A DNA stretch of 63,665 bases, filler included, from Pelomyxa schiedti (lineage: Eukaryota; Protista; Evosea), in the NCBI GenBank assembly GCA_020536535.1. It is 12 parts of 12 records of this genome, joined end to end, with 100 filler letters (N's around TTAATTAATTAA, not from the genome) between each part and the next. Parts side by side here need not be neighbours in the genome. Positions count along the whole stretch, not along the records: positions 47,985 to 53,008 come from JAHLWZ010001531.1; positions 53,109 to 54,948 come from JAHLWZ010002244.1; positions 55,049 to 56,157 come from JAHLWZ010002822.1; positions 56,258 to 59,429 come from JAHLWZ010001811.1; positions 59,530 to 62,139 come from JAHLWZ010001944.1; positions 62,240 to 63,665 come from JAHLWZ010002513.1; 6 more parts are not named here. One strand, written 5' to 3'. The translations under genes and the position numbers were made by a program. This document shows positions 51,177 to 62,879 of this stretch, in pieces (position 1 is the stretch's first letter; the number at the start of each line of letters is the position of its first letter). The notes under the pieces are model-generated. The model did not search any database and was not told the origin of the DNA. It worked only from the letters and a program-made list of their open reading frames with translations.

Positions 51177-53008
51177 ATGAGTGGTAACGACGTGGGGTGC
51201 GTTGAGCGCGAAATTGGCAGCAAGTTGCTTACCGACATCGAGGGCGCCAACGATGTGGATATATTTTTCGCGGCGTTGTATGGTATAAACACCTGCTTGT
51301 TTGGTTCAAAGTAACGGAAATGCAACTGAAGGGAGCAGGGCTTGGGGTATTGAATCGCCTGACAGTGACTATGATGTAAGGTTCTTATGTGTGTGCCACT
51401 CTATTGTTAATTTTTGTTGATATTTTACAGACGTTCACCGGCTGCGTTGGTACTTGGGCGTGACCCCACGCAAGACCACGATTGAAGTTTCTACTACAGT
51501 TGGAAAAGTTCCTGTTGAACTCAGTGGCTGGGACATTCAGGTACTTTTTTTCCCCCACTATATATTTGTAGCTACAAATAAACCTTGAAAGAAAGCGGTA
51601 GAATTATGTGGGAAATCGAATGCTTCTCTCTTAGAATGGCTTCACTCACCCGTCACTTTCCGAAATACTTCAAGTACTACAAGTCCGGACTTTGTATCCC
51701 AACTTAGGCAGCTTGCATTAAGCACTGCTGTGCCAAGAGCAGTTGGTTGGCATTACCACAACAATGCAAAAAATGATGTGGAAGCTTGCTTGATGAAGCA
51801 TGAGCCAGTTCGCAAGTCATACCTTTATGTAATCAGGCCGGTTGCTTGCATGAGGTTCCCCCCACCACACCTCTTACTATTTTCATTCCAACTGTACTGC
51901 AGGTGGATAATGGATAACCCGGACATTGGTTTGCCGCCACTGGCCCTTGATGAACTGCTTGGTCACATTCACATCAGCCCGGAGGTTGCTCAGACAACCA
52001 AAGAACTGATTGCTCAAAAAAGAGCGGGAGTCCTTGCACACAACAGCGATGATCACCTCATCCACGTTGACGAATGGCTCAGAGTATCAATGGAAGAATG
52101 GAGAGCAAAAGAAACAGGCACTGGAGGAAAGGCCAAAGGAGTAGAGCCACCATGGTCACAGCTCAATCAACTAGTTTCAGACATCATCCTCTTCTATGAG
52201 TGTATGTATCCCCCATCACCACTACATTCATTCTATCTTATTCTTTACACCAGCCAAGCACCTCTGATCTGATTTCACATTAAATCCACACCACATTAAA
52301 AACCCTCAAAAACGGCCACCAACAATCAACCAGCAGTATTAAAAGTAGCACTACTTGGGGATGGTTCAGTTGGCAAAACCACCCTGTGCATGCAATTTGT
52401 TTTTAGCAAGTTACCAGGTCCAAAAAACCCGCGTCACGGCATTAACAAACCCAAATTTGCAAATACAGTTGTGAATGACCCAACTGTTGAGGATGAGTAC
52501 AGAAAACAACCCGTGACGGTGGACGATGTCACCTACACAATCGTTGTACTAGACACAAGTATTCTATCTGCTGCTCATTTTGTTTTACTGTTGGCTTGAT
52601 TCAATTGAACTTGTTGGGTTTTTTGCAGCTGAAATACAGGACCTCAGCCCAAATGTGAGAATGCGGTATGCACAGTATGATGGGTTTATGTTTGTGTATT
52701 CCATCACAGACAGACCTTCGTTTGATTATCTGACAGGATACAGGTAGTTTCTTTTTCTAAACACATCCAACCAAATGATGCATGTGCTGTGGTGTAGGAA
52801 GGACATACTTTCTTTTGGGAGCAAGGACAGGGACAGAGTACCAATGGTACTGTGTGGGAACAAATGTGACTTGGAAGAAAGCCGATATGTAACAAGAGGA
52901 GAGGGTGAAAGTGTGGCTCAGTCCTGGAACTGTCCTTTCATGTTGGTTTTTCCCTCTATTCTATTGTATATTTCGTGTAATGCTGAATAAATGACAAAAG
53001 AAAATGTA
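51177..53008 (+). CDS. RlaP/YcgL-like (Nuc-transf, pol-beta superfamily) nucleotidyltransferase, probably fused to a Ras/Rap-like GTPase (3' truncated)
   Basis: GSRAWGIESPDSDYDVRF.YVH, SGWDIQKA, SNASLLEWLHSP, KSYLYVIRP. Then LLGDGSVGKTT, DPTVEDEYRK, VYSIT, LCGNKCDL. Confidence 0.8.
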
Positions 53009-53400
53009 NNNNNNNNNNNNNNNNNNNNNNNNNNNNNNNNNNNNNNNNNNNNTTAATTAATTAANNNNNNNNNNNNNNNNNNNNNNNNNNNNNNNNNNNN
53101 NNNNNNNNCCCTCGTCGATTTTTTTTCTGGTTCTAGCGATAATCAAAAGACACAAGCCACTAAACAATCACCAAAACCCATTTATGTCAAGGCCGCGCAG
53201 CCGCGGCTAAACCCGATTCAACGAACACACACGAGCCGCGCTGCCGCCGCCGCGCCAACCGCCCCGCGGCACAAAACATCATCAAATCCCGGCAAAATCG
53301 GGCCGCTTCACCCTGCCTTGCTCACCAAAAAATTCTGTTTTTCTCATTTTATTCACCCCGGTGTAAGAGAAAAACCTTTGTAACTAGCGATCGGATCATA

Positions 53401-54330
53401 ATGCCATCGTCATCTACGTCCACCACCACCAACAACAACGACACCCTCCCAGGCGCCACCCACACGCCCAGAGCCGCCGGGCCCCACGCGCCACTACCGT
53501 CACAACAAAGGTGACCACCGCAACGAGGAAGGAGACTGCGAGGGACCAAGTGGCCGCCCTGTGCGCGGGGCTGCACCCCCGCTGCGGCGCCGCGTGCCCG
53601 CTGCGCAGGGGAATGGCGGCTGCAACGGCGACGAATTGTGGGACGGCGGGAGTCGCAGTCGACGCCGCGCTGGCTGTGAGGCTGGTGTGGGAGTGGATCC
53701 GCAACAACTCGTGGTTCTACTGTGTCACTTTGAAGTGCTATGACGAGCCACACTGCTTCCCACCGCTGACGGTGACGTTTGGCGTGTCGATGCTGCTGAT
53801 GACGCTGACGCACGACATGAGGTGGTGGGCAGAGAGGAGCCACGAATTCCTTCTTGGCGGCGCAGTGACACTGACCTCATGAGAATGGCTGAGTTGCCAA
53901 TGAGGAAAACCACAACCATTAAGAGGCCAACAGTTGTGAAACTTGACACAAGGTGGAAGGTCTGTGCTCCTCAGTTCGTGGGAGTCATCAATGAAAACCA
54001 CATTCTGCTGTGCTGCCGTGATGTGTATTCTCTCCCCACATTCTTTGATTCGTCTTGGTTGACCTTGTGGAAACTTGCTCATCCAAGAGACTTGCTGTGC
54101 TGAGTTCAACTGTGCCAAGATTGAGTGACCTTCCTCCATCCTTGGGTCGCTTTCAGAGCTTTGTAAGCAAGAAATATCATGTGTTCAGAAGAAGACAAGA
54201 CCGTGAGGGTGGTGGTGGTTCCACCAAGCAGTTGTTGTTTGTCATGAGGGAATGTCGAGGTGAATGCCTCTCTCATGGTTACAACTTCATCACCATTGAG
54301 GGAACTGGCAAGCTGCAAAGAGCATTTCAG
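53401..54330 (+). pseudogene. Frameshifted 'HPRCG-module' family member
   Basis: ARDQVAALCAGLHPRCG...VWEWI...FGVSMLLMTL. The ATG frame stops at ~53513, with further frameshifts/stops near 53880 and 54100. Confidence 0.6.
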
Positions 54331-55326
54331 TGTTTTTCACTTGAGTTGGCTTCCTTTTCTGTCGCCGCACCTTTCGCCGCTCCAGCACAGGCCTCTGTCC
54401 TGCGCCTGCAGGCTGCTGTTGCCTGCGGCAGCACCTGCATTATCTCTTTGCGTTGTACGGCACAATCCGCTCGTTGCCGGGGCGCCTAACGGGGACGAAA
54501 TTTGGACGTTTTTTCATGTTTTTCACGCCGATGCCCCCTATCGGCGCACCCCAAGTTACTCAAGCCACCAAAGAACTCCGGCTCGTTTCTTTTTTAACTC
54601 GTTTGTTTTGTGGGATTTATACTTGTGGGATAAAGCTAGCCTGCCACCAACTTTCGGTTTGTGTAGAAGAGAGGGTGTGTTCTGGTCGTGCCACCTTTCC
54701 CAGCAACACAGCTTAGCAGAGGAGTGCAGTGCCACCATACAGATGTTGCAGTAATAATAAGTATTAGACCGGCGGCCATTCAACCAGCAAAGCATACAAT
54801 GCTGTACTTTCCCTCTGTTTTTGCAACGGGCATGGAAAGAAATGGACACCTTAAACCTGTGATAGCAATTATCTGGTGTAATCTGCACTGGCTTCAATAA
54901 CGGAGCCCGGTCATTGAATAGAGAGAAAGGGTCCAGTAAAAGAATCATNNNNNNNNNNNNNNNNNNNNNNNNNNNNNNNNNNNNNNNNNNNNTTAATTAA
55001 TTAANNNNNNNNNNNNNNNNNNNNNNNNNNNNNNNNNNNNNNNNNNNNTTGACCTGTGGTGCGTTTCAAATACTTCTTTTTTGCCCCTCTCAAATGAATT
55101 TCCAGCTGAAAGAGCCTGACAGAGGGTGCACACTCTTTGCCATTTCACCGGCACAGATGAATTTCATTGCACTGGAAGTTCTTGCTCACAGTTGCCAGGG
55201 GTGTGACGGACAACCAGACTGATGACCTTGCTCCTCAGAAACGTGATCCTTCCTTGATCCTGAGGACAGAGAGGGCCAAAGGACTACACGCACCGTTTCC
55301 GCAAAAAATGCCTCTGCCACAAAAAC

Positions 55327-55388
55327 TGGTTTCGCTGGGTGTCGATCCCAGTGTAAAACGCACGGGCTACCAGTTGCACTACGAAACC
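55327..55388 (-). pseudogene. tRNA-Val(TAC)-like pseudogene lacking the 3' anticodon stem and variable loop
   Basis: Acceptor stem GGTTTCG/CGAAACC-A, D arm, TGCGT-TT-TAC-AC, then directly the T arm CTGGG-ATCGACA-CCCAG. Only 62 nt. Confidence 0.65.
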
Positions 55389-55491
55389 CCCACAACAAGA
55401 GAGGGAGGCGGTTTCCTCTGGCGCCAGTAATTCTTTTCTTTGTGGAAGAAGAAATTGCAAACCGTTGAGAACTGAGTGTCTCTCTCAGGGA

Positions 55492-55573
55492 GCGTCGGTG
55501 GCGGAGTTGGTCTAACGCGGTGCACTCAAGATGCATTTCCTTTGGAGCCTGGGTTCGAATCCCAGCCGGCGCA
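55492..55573 (+). tRNA. tRNA-Leu(CAA)
   Basis: GCGTCGG/CCGGCGC acceptor, GTGCA-CT-CAA-GA-TGCAT anticodon arm, long variable arm, GGTTCGAATCC. Confidence 0.95.
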
Positions 55574-55745
55574 TCTTTTTATTCGGACATGTAGGAGAAA
55601 ATGCTGTACAACATGAAGCTAACCACACCAAATTAATTCTCCCACAAACACGTGCAACCCAAGCACAAGAACAAGAGAACCTTTACACTCTTACTCTTTC
55701 GTTCTTTTTCCACTGTGCTTTGAAAAAAAAAAAAAAAACTAAGTC

Positions 55746-55818
55746 AGGCTCCAGTGGGAATCGAACCCGCGATCTTCGCTTTACGAGAGCGACGCTTTGC
55801 CAGCTAAGCCATGGAGCC
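55746..55818 (-). tRNA. tRNA-Thr(CGT)
   Basis: GGCTCCA/TGGAGCC acceptor, TCGCT-CT-CGT-AA-AGCGA anticodon arm, GGTTCGATTCC. Confidence 0.95.
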
Positions 55819-55910
55819 TCCACAATTTGGGAGTGTGGGCCTTGAACCCACTGGGTTCATCTTGCAGAGAAAGCCGCAACGATTCGAAAAAAATGCGGTG
55901 TCCCGAAATT

Positions 55911-56000
55911 GCTCTGGTAGCTCAGTTGGTTAGAGCGCGGTACTTATAAGAACAGTATTGAGTCATGCTGAGGTCGTGGGTTCGATCCCCACTCGGAGCA
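55911..56000 (+). tRNA. tRNA-Ile(TAT) with 16-nt intron (55949-55964)
   Basis: GCTCTGG/TCGGAGC acceptor, CGGTA-CT-TAT-A-[intron]-A-TGCTG, GGTTCGATCCC. Followed by a T-rich tract. Confidence 0.93.
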
Positions 56001-56323
56001 AACTTTTTGTTATGTAGCTGGTTACAAAAAACCAGCTGGTTTTCCCCTTCTGTGGCTGAAATGGAGAGTGTAAATTCGTACTACAACATAGTACATCAAT
56101 TTTTGTTTCATTGGTCACTCGTCATCATCCTGATCATTGGTACACTCATCAAGGGAANNNNNNNNNNNNNNNNNNNNNNNNNNNNNNNNNNNNNNNNNNN
56201 NTTAATTAATTAANNNNNNNNNNNNNNNNNNNNNNNNNNNNNNNNNNNNNNNNNNNNTCCCCCATTTCTCTGCATGTTTGATTGATGTGACAACGCACGA
56301 GAAAAAGTGGTTCGTTCGTCTGA

Positions 56324-57348
56324 ATGCTGGTGATTGACCTTGTTGCGTTGATCACAGTGATCGTTGTGGTGGTTGTACCAACGAAAGCTGCGTTTAAAGC
56401 GAATGGTTACTACATCAATAGCTCCAACAAGCTAATTCACGTCGACGACCTCGAGAACCCACTGGGTACTGACATTTGTACAGTGAGTGCCTCCTATCCA
56501 CTGATCACAGCTGGTATGTTGCTCCTTTGTTGATGTTTTATTGTTGATAGAAACAAGCATGGCTAACACAATAAAAATGAAAAGGTGGCTTCAGAAACTA
56601 TGACACCTCGATCATGTATGCCCTGTGCTATGGGGACCCCACCACCCTCTTCTCCATCAACACCACCTCGTGTGCAGTGTCAGTGATTGGTGCCACTTTG
56701 ATGAGCGACTTGATTGATGCCCACTGGAATGGCGTGGTCTGATGATGACAGCGTGATGTACATGTCCGGATTCGACATGCTGGCGAATGACTACCTGTAC
56801 TCCCTGAACCTCGTCACAGGCCGTGCCGAATGGGTGCTGCAGTGGCCCACGATGGACATACAGGACATTGCGTGGACAAGCACTGGCCTGTATGGATACT
56901 CCGGATCAGGGACACTGTCTAAGATACCTACCACCGTAGGGGCTCCAACAGCGGTTGGTAGCACCACTCCAACTGCTCTTGGTGATGGGGTTCCACGACT
57001 GGGAATGTCACTGGAGCCAACAACAGGGTCACTGATTGCAATTGGAGTGCAAGGAAGCCAACATGGAAGTGCTGCAGCTTGCTTCCAGTGTCCCTGTGCT
57101 TGTGGCCACTCTGGCAAGTGTTGCTGGTGGTAGTGCTGGGGATGCACTACCATTTGGCCGAGTCCCTAAATCCTTCTCGCCAGAGTGTGCAGGCCACACC
57201 ACGAGTAAATTTTGCTTTATTTCTGTTCTTCACCATTTGTGATCATGAGACCGCGACATCTTTTGCTTCAGAATCCACAACTGTGTTTCCTTTGGCAGCA
57301 CTGGGAATGTTGTATCAGTCACCAGGTGCATCACTTGGGCTTGTGTGA
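56324..57348 (+). pseudogene. Secreted/surface beta-propeller-like protein, frameshifted
   Basis: Signal peptide and repeats such as 'LFSINTTS', 'LYSLNLVTG', 'IQDIAW...LYG'. A TTGA duplication at ~56710-56717 shifts the frame, and the hydrophobic tail lies in another frame. Confidence 0.5.
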
Positions 57349-58939
57349 TCCCAACTGCCTTCATTGCAAACTCAATGTGGATGGGTGATGACATTAATGC
57401 GCACCGCAGGTAATTAAGTAAAAATTCACCTGTTATCTGTGGGAAAACCTTCAGCAGCATCTTCCACATTGGAAAGGAAATCTCCCTATTGATGCAGTTT
57501 GGATGGTGCTGCAGCTGTGGGTTTTGTTTTTTCGGTTTAGTTAGGGTGTTTCTTTGTACAAAAGGGACATACCTCTTCCAGGGTGACTTGAAAGTTTTGG
57601 ATCAGCCACTCTGCGCACCTTGTTTTATTGGCATGGACCAATTCTGCAAGAAGATTGTTGTTGTACTTGACGAGTTCTGGCATCTCCTCCAGGTGATACT
57701 CGCGTATAAGCTTTTTCATGGCTTTGCCGCAGATGAAATGCGAACCCGTAGACTGAATTACACAATTTACAGCATAACTACTGTCAACAGCCCCACAAGA
57801 AATAATCTGACTTGAAATTGGGGTCCAACCAGTGGTCACAGCTTGCCGCAGTACTGCACTCCACTTGCGCTGCTCCTGCTGCTTATCAGCAGCAGTGGGT
57901 GTAAAGTGGAACAACTCAAGCAAGAATGACAAGACAGAGAACCGTGTGTGGCGCACTGCTCTTGCCAGGGAACTCTCATCTATTTTATCTGCAGATACAT
58001 GCTCGAAGAACCACCTGATGGCCCTTGTGTCGCAGTAGTTGTTGTACTTCTTGCACAGCAAAATGAGAGTGGAATTCGCCTTGGGGGCAGTGGCATTGAC
58101 ATTTTTCTCCATGACATGGAAGGTTGCTTCCAGCCAGTTCGCGATTTTGATGTTGCCAGAGTACAGTGCTTCCATCAGTGCTTCTTCGTGGTTGGTTGGA
58201 GTGAGATTGACCCCCTGTGACAGCACTCGCACGCAGTGCAAGTCATCTTTGATGTTTCCACAAGCTTGAACAAAAGTGGCAGCTGTGACTGACATTGGGA
58301 GGTGCTTTACGAACCACTCAACGGATTCCACACCCTCCACATCGGTCCACAACCACGACAAGCTCGCCGGTGTCAGCTGCACGCCGTGGGTCTCTTTCAA
58401 CCACATGAGTGATTCCACCTCTGCTGTACCTGTGGCAACCTTCTGGACTGCTTGTTGGTCAAAGCTGAAGTGTGACTTCATCCGCCGTCTACGAGCTGCT
58501 TGGCCATCTCGAGGTGGCCGCCTCCGCAGAGGCCCCGCAGCACGCTGAGGCACTCCCTCGTGTTGTTCCTGGTCGCGGCGGGCTTGTGCCTCAGGATCCA
58601 GGCGATGCACGCGGTGCTCCCCGCGAGGGCGGCGCACGTCGCGTCCCAGTGGCGCGAGTGCCCCTGCGGGTAGCTGTCGGCGAGGTGCTTGAACACCACG
58701 GGGGCGGCGGCCACCCCGCGGCACACGAGGGCGAACAGGGCCGACGCGGCCCCGAACGCCCACACCACGTCGTCGCGCTCGAGGGGCCTGTACGAGGCCG
58801 CGAGGACCGGCTGCACGGCGTAGTCCCACGCCACCCGCGAGACCACGAGGGCCCTGCCTGCCTCCCGTTGTTTGTTCGCCAACGACGTGGCCACGGCGGG
58901 CGAGGTATCCCGCCGTGCCTGCTGTTGCCCTTCTCGCAT
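57230..58939 (-). pseudogene. Ankyrin-like helical repeat protein with a frame break at ~58478
   Basis: 'LRGLCGGGHLEMAKQLV' and 'EALYSGNIKIANWL'. The 5' and 3' halves are in different frames. An intron at ~57515-57572 links the last exon. Confidence 0.6.
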
Positions 58940-59319
58940 CGTCGTGGGGCCTTGGTTTTCTGCTCAACTCCAAAATGATGATGGCCCTGAAGACACCGAG
59001 TGATCACAGGGCCACTGATGTTGTTCTTGGTGGGTGTTGCTGTCTGTGCTTGTTAAATTCAAGAAACAGAGTCTTATACACAACAATGTAGGGATGAAAG
59101 TGTGTAGTGTACTCTCTGTATCAAGTGAGAGTTCCAAAATATGTGATTGTTATGCGAATGAATGTCAAATCAAAAAATTTTACAAAACGAAAAGCACAAG
59201 GTCTCGTCAGCGATGACACCTTATATACGCACTTATTCATAAAAAAAACAAACAAACCACAAACGACACAACCAACACACACACATACATCCAAACAAAC
59301 AAACCAACAACCAACCAAC

Positions 59320-59429
59320 ATGGACTTCAGCGTATTGCCCCCAGAACACGACGACTCTTACTGGACCATCGAGCCCCGCGCCCAAGCCATGGCGATCTTG
59401 GCGGGCCTGCACCCCCGCTGCGGCCGCCG
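59320..59429 (+). CDS. 'HPRCG-module' family protein, 5' fragment
   Basis: MDFSVLPP...PRAQAMAILAGLHPRCG running into the linker. Confidence 0.65.
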
Positions 59430-59812
59430 NNNNNNNNNNNNNNNNNNNNNNNNNNNNNNNNNNNNNNNNNNNNTTAATTAATTAANNNNNNNNNNNNNNN
59501 NNNNNNNNNNNNNNNNNNNNNNNNNNNNNAGGAAGTCTGGGGAAATGAGGAAAAATAATTCGGCAAAAAGGAAAAAAAAAAGTGCACCAGATTGGTGAAC
59601 TGTCAAATTTCCCCCCGATCGAACCAGAAAATTGAATTATTTACTCATCTTTTTCTGCATTTCTTCCAGTGCTTTTCCCACTCCTTTTACCACAAACTCC
59701 CTCTCGTTTTCCCACCCCATCGCGGGTTCCCCGGTAAACACTGCACCAGAAAAACGCTTACCGAAAAAGTTTCAGTCGTTGATAACGACTGGGCCGCAAC
59801 CAAGTTCATTAA

Positions 59813-61252
59813 ATGCAACCATCAGGCGGTAAGCCTGACAACGGCAAAAAGAAACAACGCGGGCACCCCCCCAAAAAAAGGCTGCCGGTTCCAACACTAT
59901 TTGCACCCTCAACCGAATCTTCATCCTCATCACAAGCATCACCAACTACATCAGTTACAACAGCGACTTTTACGCTCGCGCACCCGCTCGTCTCCTCCAA
60001 GAATGAAGACACCGCGACAACAAGCGGCCAATCATCACCAACTACAACATTTGCAACGACACCGACTTTCACACTCACACTCCTCAACGTAGCCCCCGAG
60101 AATGCCACAGCGACCGGCAAACTAAGTAACACAACCACGGATCTGTTCAACAACAACAACGTCGACTTCAACACCTCGGGAGGAATAATCAACGGCGAAA
60201 AGGAGACGCAGCAGGAGGAGGACGAACACAATGAGATTTCGCGGGAGCAACAACGGAATAAAGGTAACGACAAGATTCTGGCGGGAACGTTTCAGCCTAT
60301 CGTTGGTGGGAAAGAAAACACTCCTGGGAGGCTGTTTGACCAGATACCTTCTGTCCTTCCCCCTTTTTTTGGGGCTCAGACTGGCGCACCGTCACAGCAG
60401 TGTAGTGGTAGTATTGTGTTTTCCAACCCTTCAACTTCACTGGATACAAGTACGTTTGGGTCTTCTCTGGCAGATTTATCTGTGTGGGGTAGTAGGCCCA
60501 CCCAGGATGCTGAGGACTCAGTTTTCACTTCGCCCGGATCTTTGAAGCCTTCCACTCAATGTACCGCTACATTAGGCAGTAATGCTTCTGCTTTCCCTCT
60601 AACTCAGGAACCGCAAATACCTTCCGCAAAGTGCGATGGCAGTAACACACCTCTTTCTCCTTCAATTTCAACACTAGAAGTACCAGCTCCCTCTTCAAAT
60701 GGAACTGAGGATTCCCAAAACAATCTCGAGAGTACTGATGATGTTCATATGGCTGATGAAGCATCTGCATCGATCACAGCAGAAGCGGCAATAAGCTTGA
60801 CCACAGAAACGCAGCAGACTTCAGAACATTCCAAAACTTCCCCTCAGCTGCCAAGTGCACAACTCAATGCAACCCAAGAGCCAGTACTGGCTCCTCTTCC
60901 CCCTGTTATTGGGCCACTGTCACCACAATGTACATTGCCTGCACCTCCCTCCCAAGATCCCCAAAATCTTTCACTCTCCCATAATAATACTTCAACTACC
61001 TCCACAAACGCCTCTGGGCATAATTGGGACAATGACACTTTTGAGCACCAACGTTCAACTGAAGATCATGATGATTCAGGCAGGTGGGACTGCAGTGGGG
61101 AAGGTGTCCTGACATTCAAGGACCATGGTCTGTCTCTTTTGGTGCAGTTTCCCACTGAAGGAAACATATGGTGGAGGATGCGTGTTTTGACCCTCACAAG
61201 CACTTCAACATCTTGGAATCTGAATCATCAAGATCGACATCAATCACAGTGA
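59813..61252 (+). CDS. Ser/Thr/Pro-rich protein ending in a possible partial Ran-binding/PH-like domain (nucleoporin-like)
   Basis: 479-aa ORF with a basic NLS-like N-terminus, scattered F/FG, and 'RWDCSGEGVLTFK' resembling the RanBD WxERGxGxL motif. Confidence 0.45.
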   Translation: MQPSGGKPDNGKKKQRGHPPKKRLPVPTLFAPSTESSSSSQASPTTSVTTATFTLAHPLVSSKNEDTATTSGQSSPTTTFATTPTFTLTLLNVAPENATATGKLSNTTTDLFNNNNVDFNTSGGIINGEKETQQEEDEHNEISREQQRNKGNDKILAGTFQPIVGGKENTPGRLFDQIPSVLPPFFGAQTGAPSQQCSGSIVFSNPSTSLDTSTFGSSLADLSVWGSRPTQDAEDSVFTSPGSLKPSTQCTATLGSNASAFPLTQEPQIPSAKCDGSNTPLSPSISTLEVPAPSSNGTEDSQNNLESTDDVHMADEASASITAEAAISLTTETQQTSEHSKTSPQLPSAQLNATQEPVLAPLPPVIGPLSPQCTLPAPPSQDPQNLSLSHNNTSTTSTNASGHNWDNDTFEHQRSTEDHDDSGRWDCSGEGVLTFKDHGLSLLVQFPTEGNIWWRMRVLTLTSTSTSWNLNHQDRHQSQ

Positions 61253-62001
61253 CACGGCACATGGCTTGCTGTTGACATTCATCTGGCTCACGCTGTTGAC
61301 ATGTTCTACATCATCTTGACACTGTTTCTCTTCATTCATCGACGAATCGACATCATCGGCGATTATCTTCGCATCAGCACATTGCTATCGCACAACGTTG
61401 CTTCTCTTGGCATGCTACGATCGAGTACTTCAACATCCATGCGGTGACATCGCATTCTGTTGCTTCGTTGCGTTACTCTGTTGCTCTTTTCATTCGCATC
61501 GTTTTGCAAGCATTTTCGCATTGCACCTTCGTTATTCTTCATCGTCGTCATTATCTTTTCTATCTACTGTGGTGCTACTCTTGCACTACACACTCGTGCA
61601 CATCTACTTCAACGTTCTTATGGTTGTACACTCGCGTTATTACTGCTCTTTCAGCAACATCGTTTTCCTGTTGTTTTCTTGCTCATTCTGTTCATCGGTC
61701 GTTCACACCAACGGGAGATGCTCAAGCGTTTTGGCAACGACTCTGTCTTCACAACACTGCTTCTGCACATGCACTACAGCAAGCTGTTGTTCTCTGTGAC
61801 ACTCTGTTATGCCGATTTTTCCCTTTAAGGCATAATAAAACCCCAAACCACATTATTTTATTATGGTGTTCTTGTATGGTGGTTTTGGAGGTATCCTGGT
61901 GAAAGGAGAGTGTATATGGCAAGGTGGCATAGTGGCAAGGAGAGTTCCAGCATGGTAGAATCGTGATTATGATGTTGTGGAATGGCGCATCAGCCTGCAC
62001 T

Positions 62002-62064
62002 GAAGTGGATATTTCCGGCATGGAAGCGGACATTTCCGGCACTGAAGCGATCATTTTCGGCACT
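62002..62064. repeat. Three copies of a 21-bp minisatellite
   Basis: gaagtggatatttccggcatg / gaagcggacatttccggcact / gaagcgatcattttcggcact. Confidence 0.8.
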
Positions 62065-62239
62065 ACCAGCATGCACTCTGCAATGAGATTAGCGCGGAAA
62101 TCATGAGGATCATACCTACAATACCCGGCAAGCGTTCTANNNNNNNNNNNNNNNNNNNNNNNNNNNNNNNNNNNNNNNNNNNNTTAATTAATTAANNNNN
62201 NNNNNNNNNNNNNNNNNNNNNNNNNNNNNNNNNNNNNNN

Positions 62240-62858
62240 TCAAGAGACGGATTCAGATGACAGAAACTCAGTGGATTCATCTTATGCCAAGCTGAATGCA
62301 GCAATCGAACCAGTCGAACCCGGCTCAGAGGATTGGCAAATGATTCAAAAGTAAGATATTGTGTTTTCTGCTTGTTTGGAAACTGATTACTCCTAGATAT
62401 GTCACAAATACACACCCAAGATCCACCCCAGCAATAAAGAACATTTACCGTGTTGACAGGTAAAAGTCTATCTCTTCCGCAAAAAACTAACATCATGGTA
62501 GGGCAGGAGAATCTGATAGATTTGAACCAAGCAAAGTACTTGGCAACAGAAAGCTCCTCTGGCACGGGTCCCGCTTAACCAATGTTCTGTTTTCTGCCTT
62601 GTGATTTTTTCCATTGACCATTCATAAGTTCGTTGGAATCATATCCCAAGGTCTCCGAATTGCCCCTCCGGAAGCCCCTGCCTCTGGTTACCGCTTTGGC
62701 AAAGGCCGTAAGTACTTTTCTATTCCTCACTCACCATACTCCCAAAAACAAAAACAAAAAAAAAACAAACCTCACCTTGTTCTAAAATCTCTTCAACAGT
62801 ATACTTTGCCGACATTGCTCAGCTTGCTTCCCGCTATTGCCGGTCACAGAATTCCGAT
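62240..62858 (+). CDS. PARP (PARP1/2/3-like) catalytic domain, 5' exons
   Basis: [50 protein letters not shown]...SRYC. Confidence 0.93.
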
Positions 62859-62879
62859 GTAATCATCCATACAATATCA

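Noticed and set aside
52252-52266. SKHL* as a peroxisomal PTS1 on the short NTase isoform, next to PEX19
   Set aside because: The terminal tripeptide KHL does not fit [SAC][KRH][LM], and the isoform itself is unverified.
4223-53008. Stop-codon reassignment as the cause of fragmented ORFs
   Set aside because: In the conserved genes I traced, the interruptions are explained by short GT/GC-AG introns, and TAA, TAG and TGA all serve as real stops.
54526-54546. Hairpin CGCCGAT-N6-ATCGGCG as a Helitron 3' end or terminator
   Set aside because: No following CTRR, no transposase, and only a single occurrence.
62002-62064. Possible CRISPR-like repeat
   Set aside because: Three abutting 21-mers with no spacers and no cas genes, in a eukaryotic context.
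8830-62239. Recurring TTAATTAATTAA palindrome
   Set aside because: Always centred in N44 blocks. It is an artificial six-frame-stop linker, so adjacency across it has no biological meaning.
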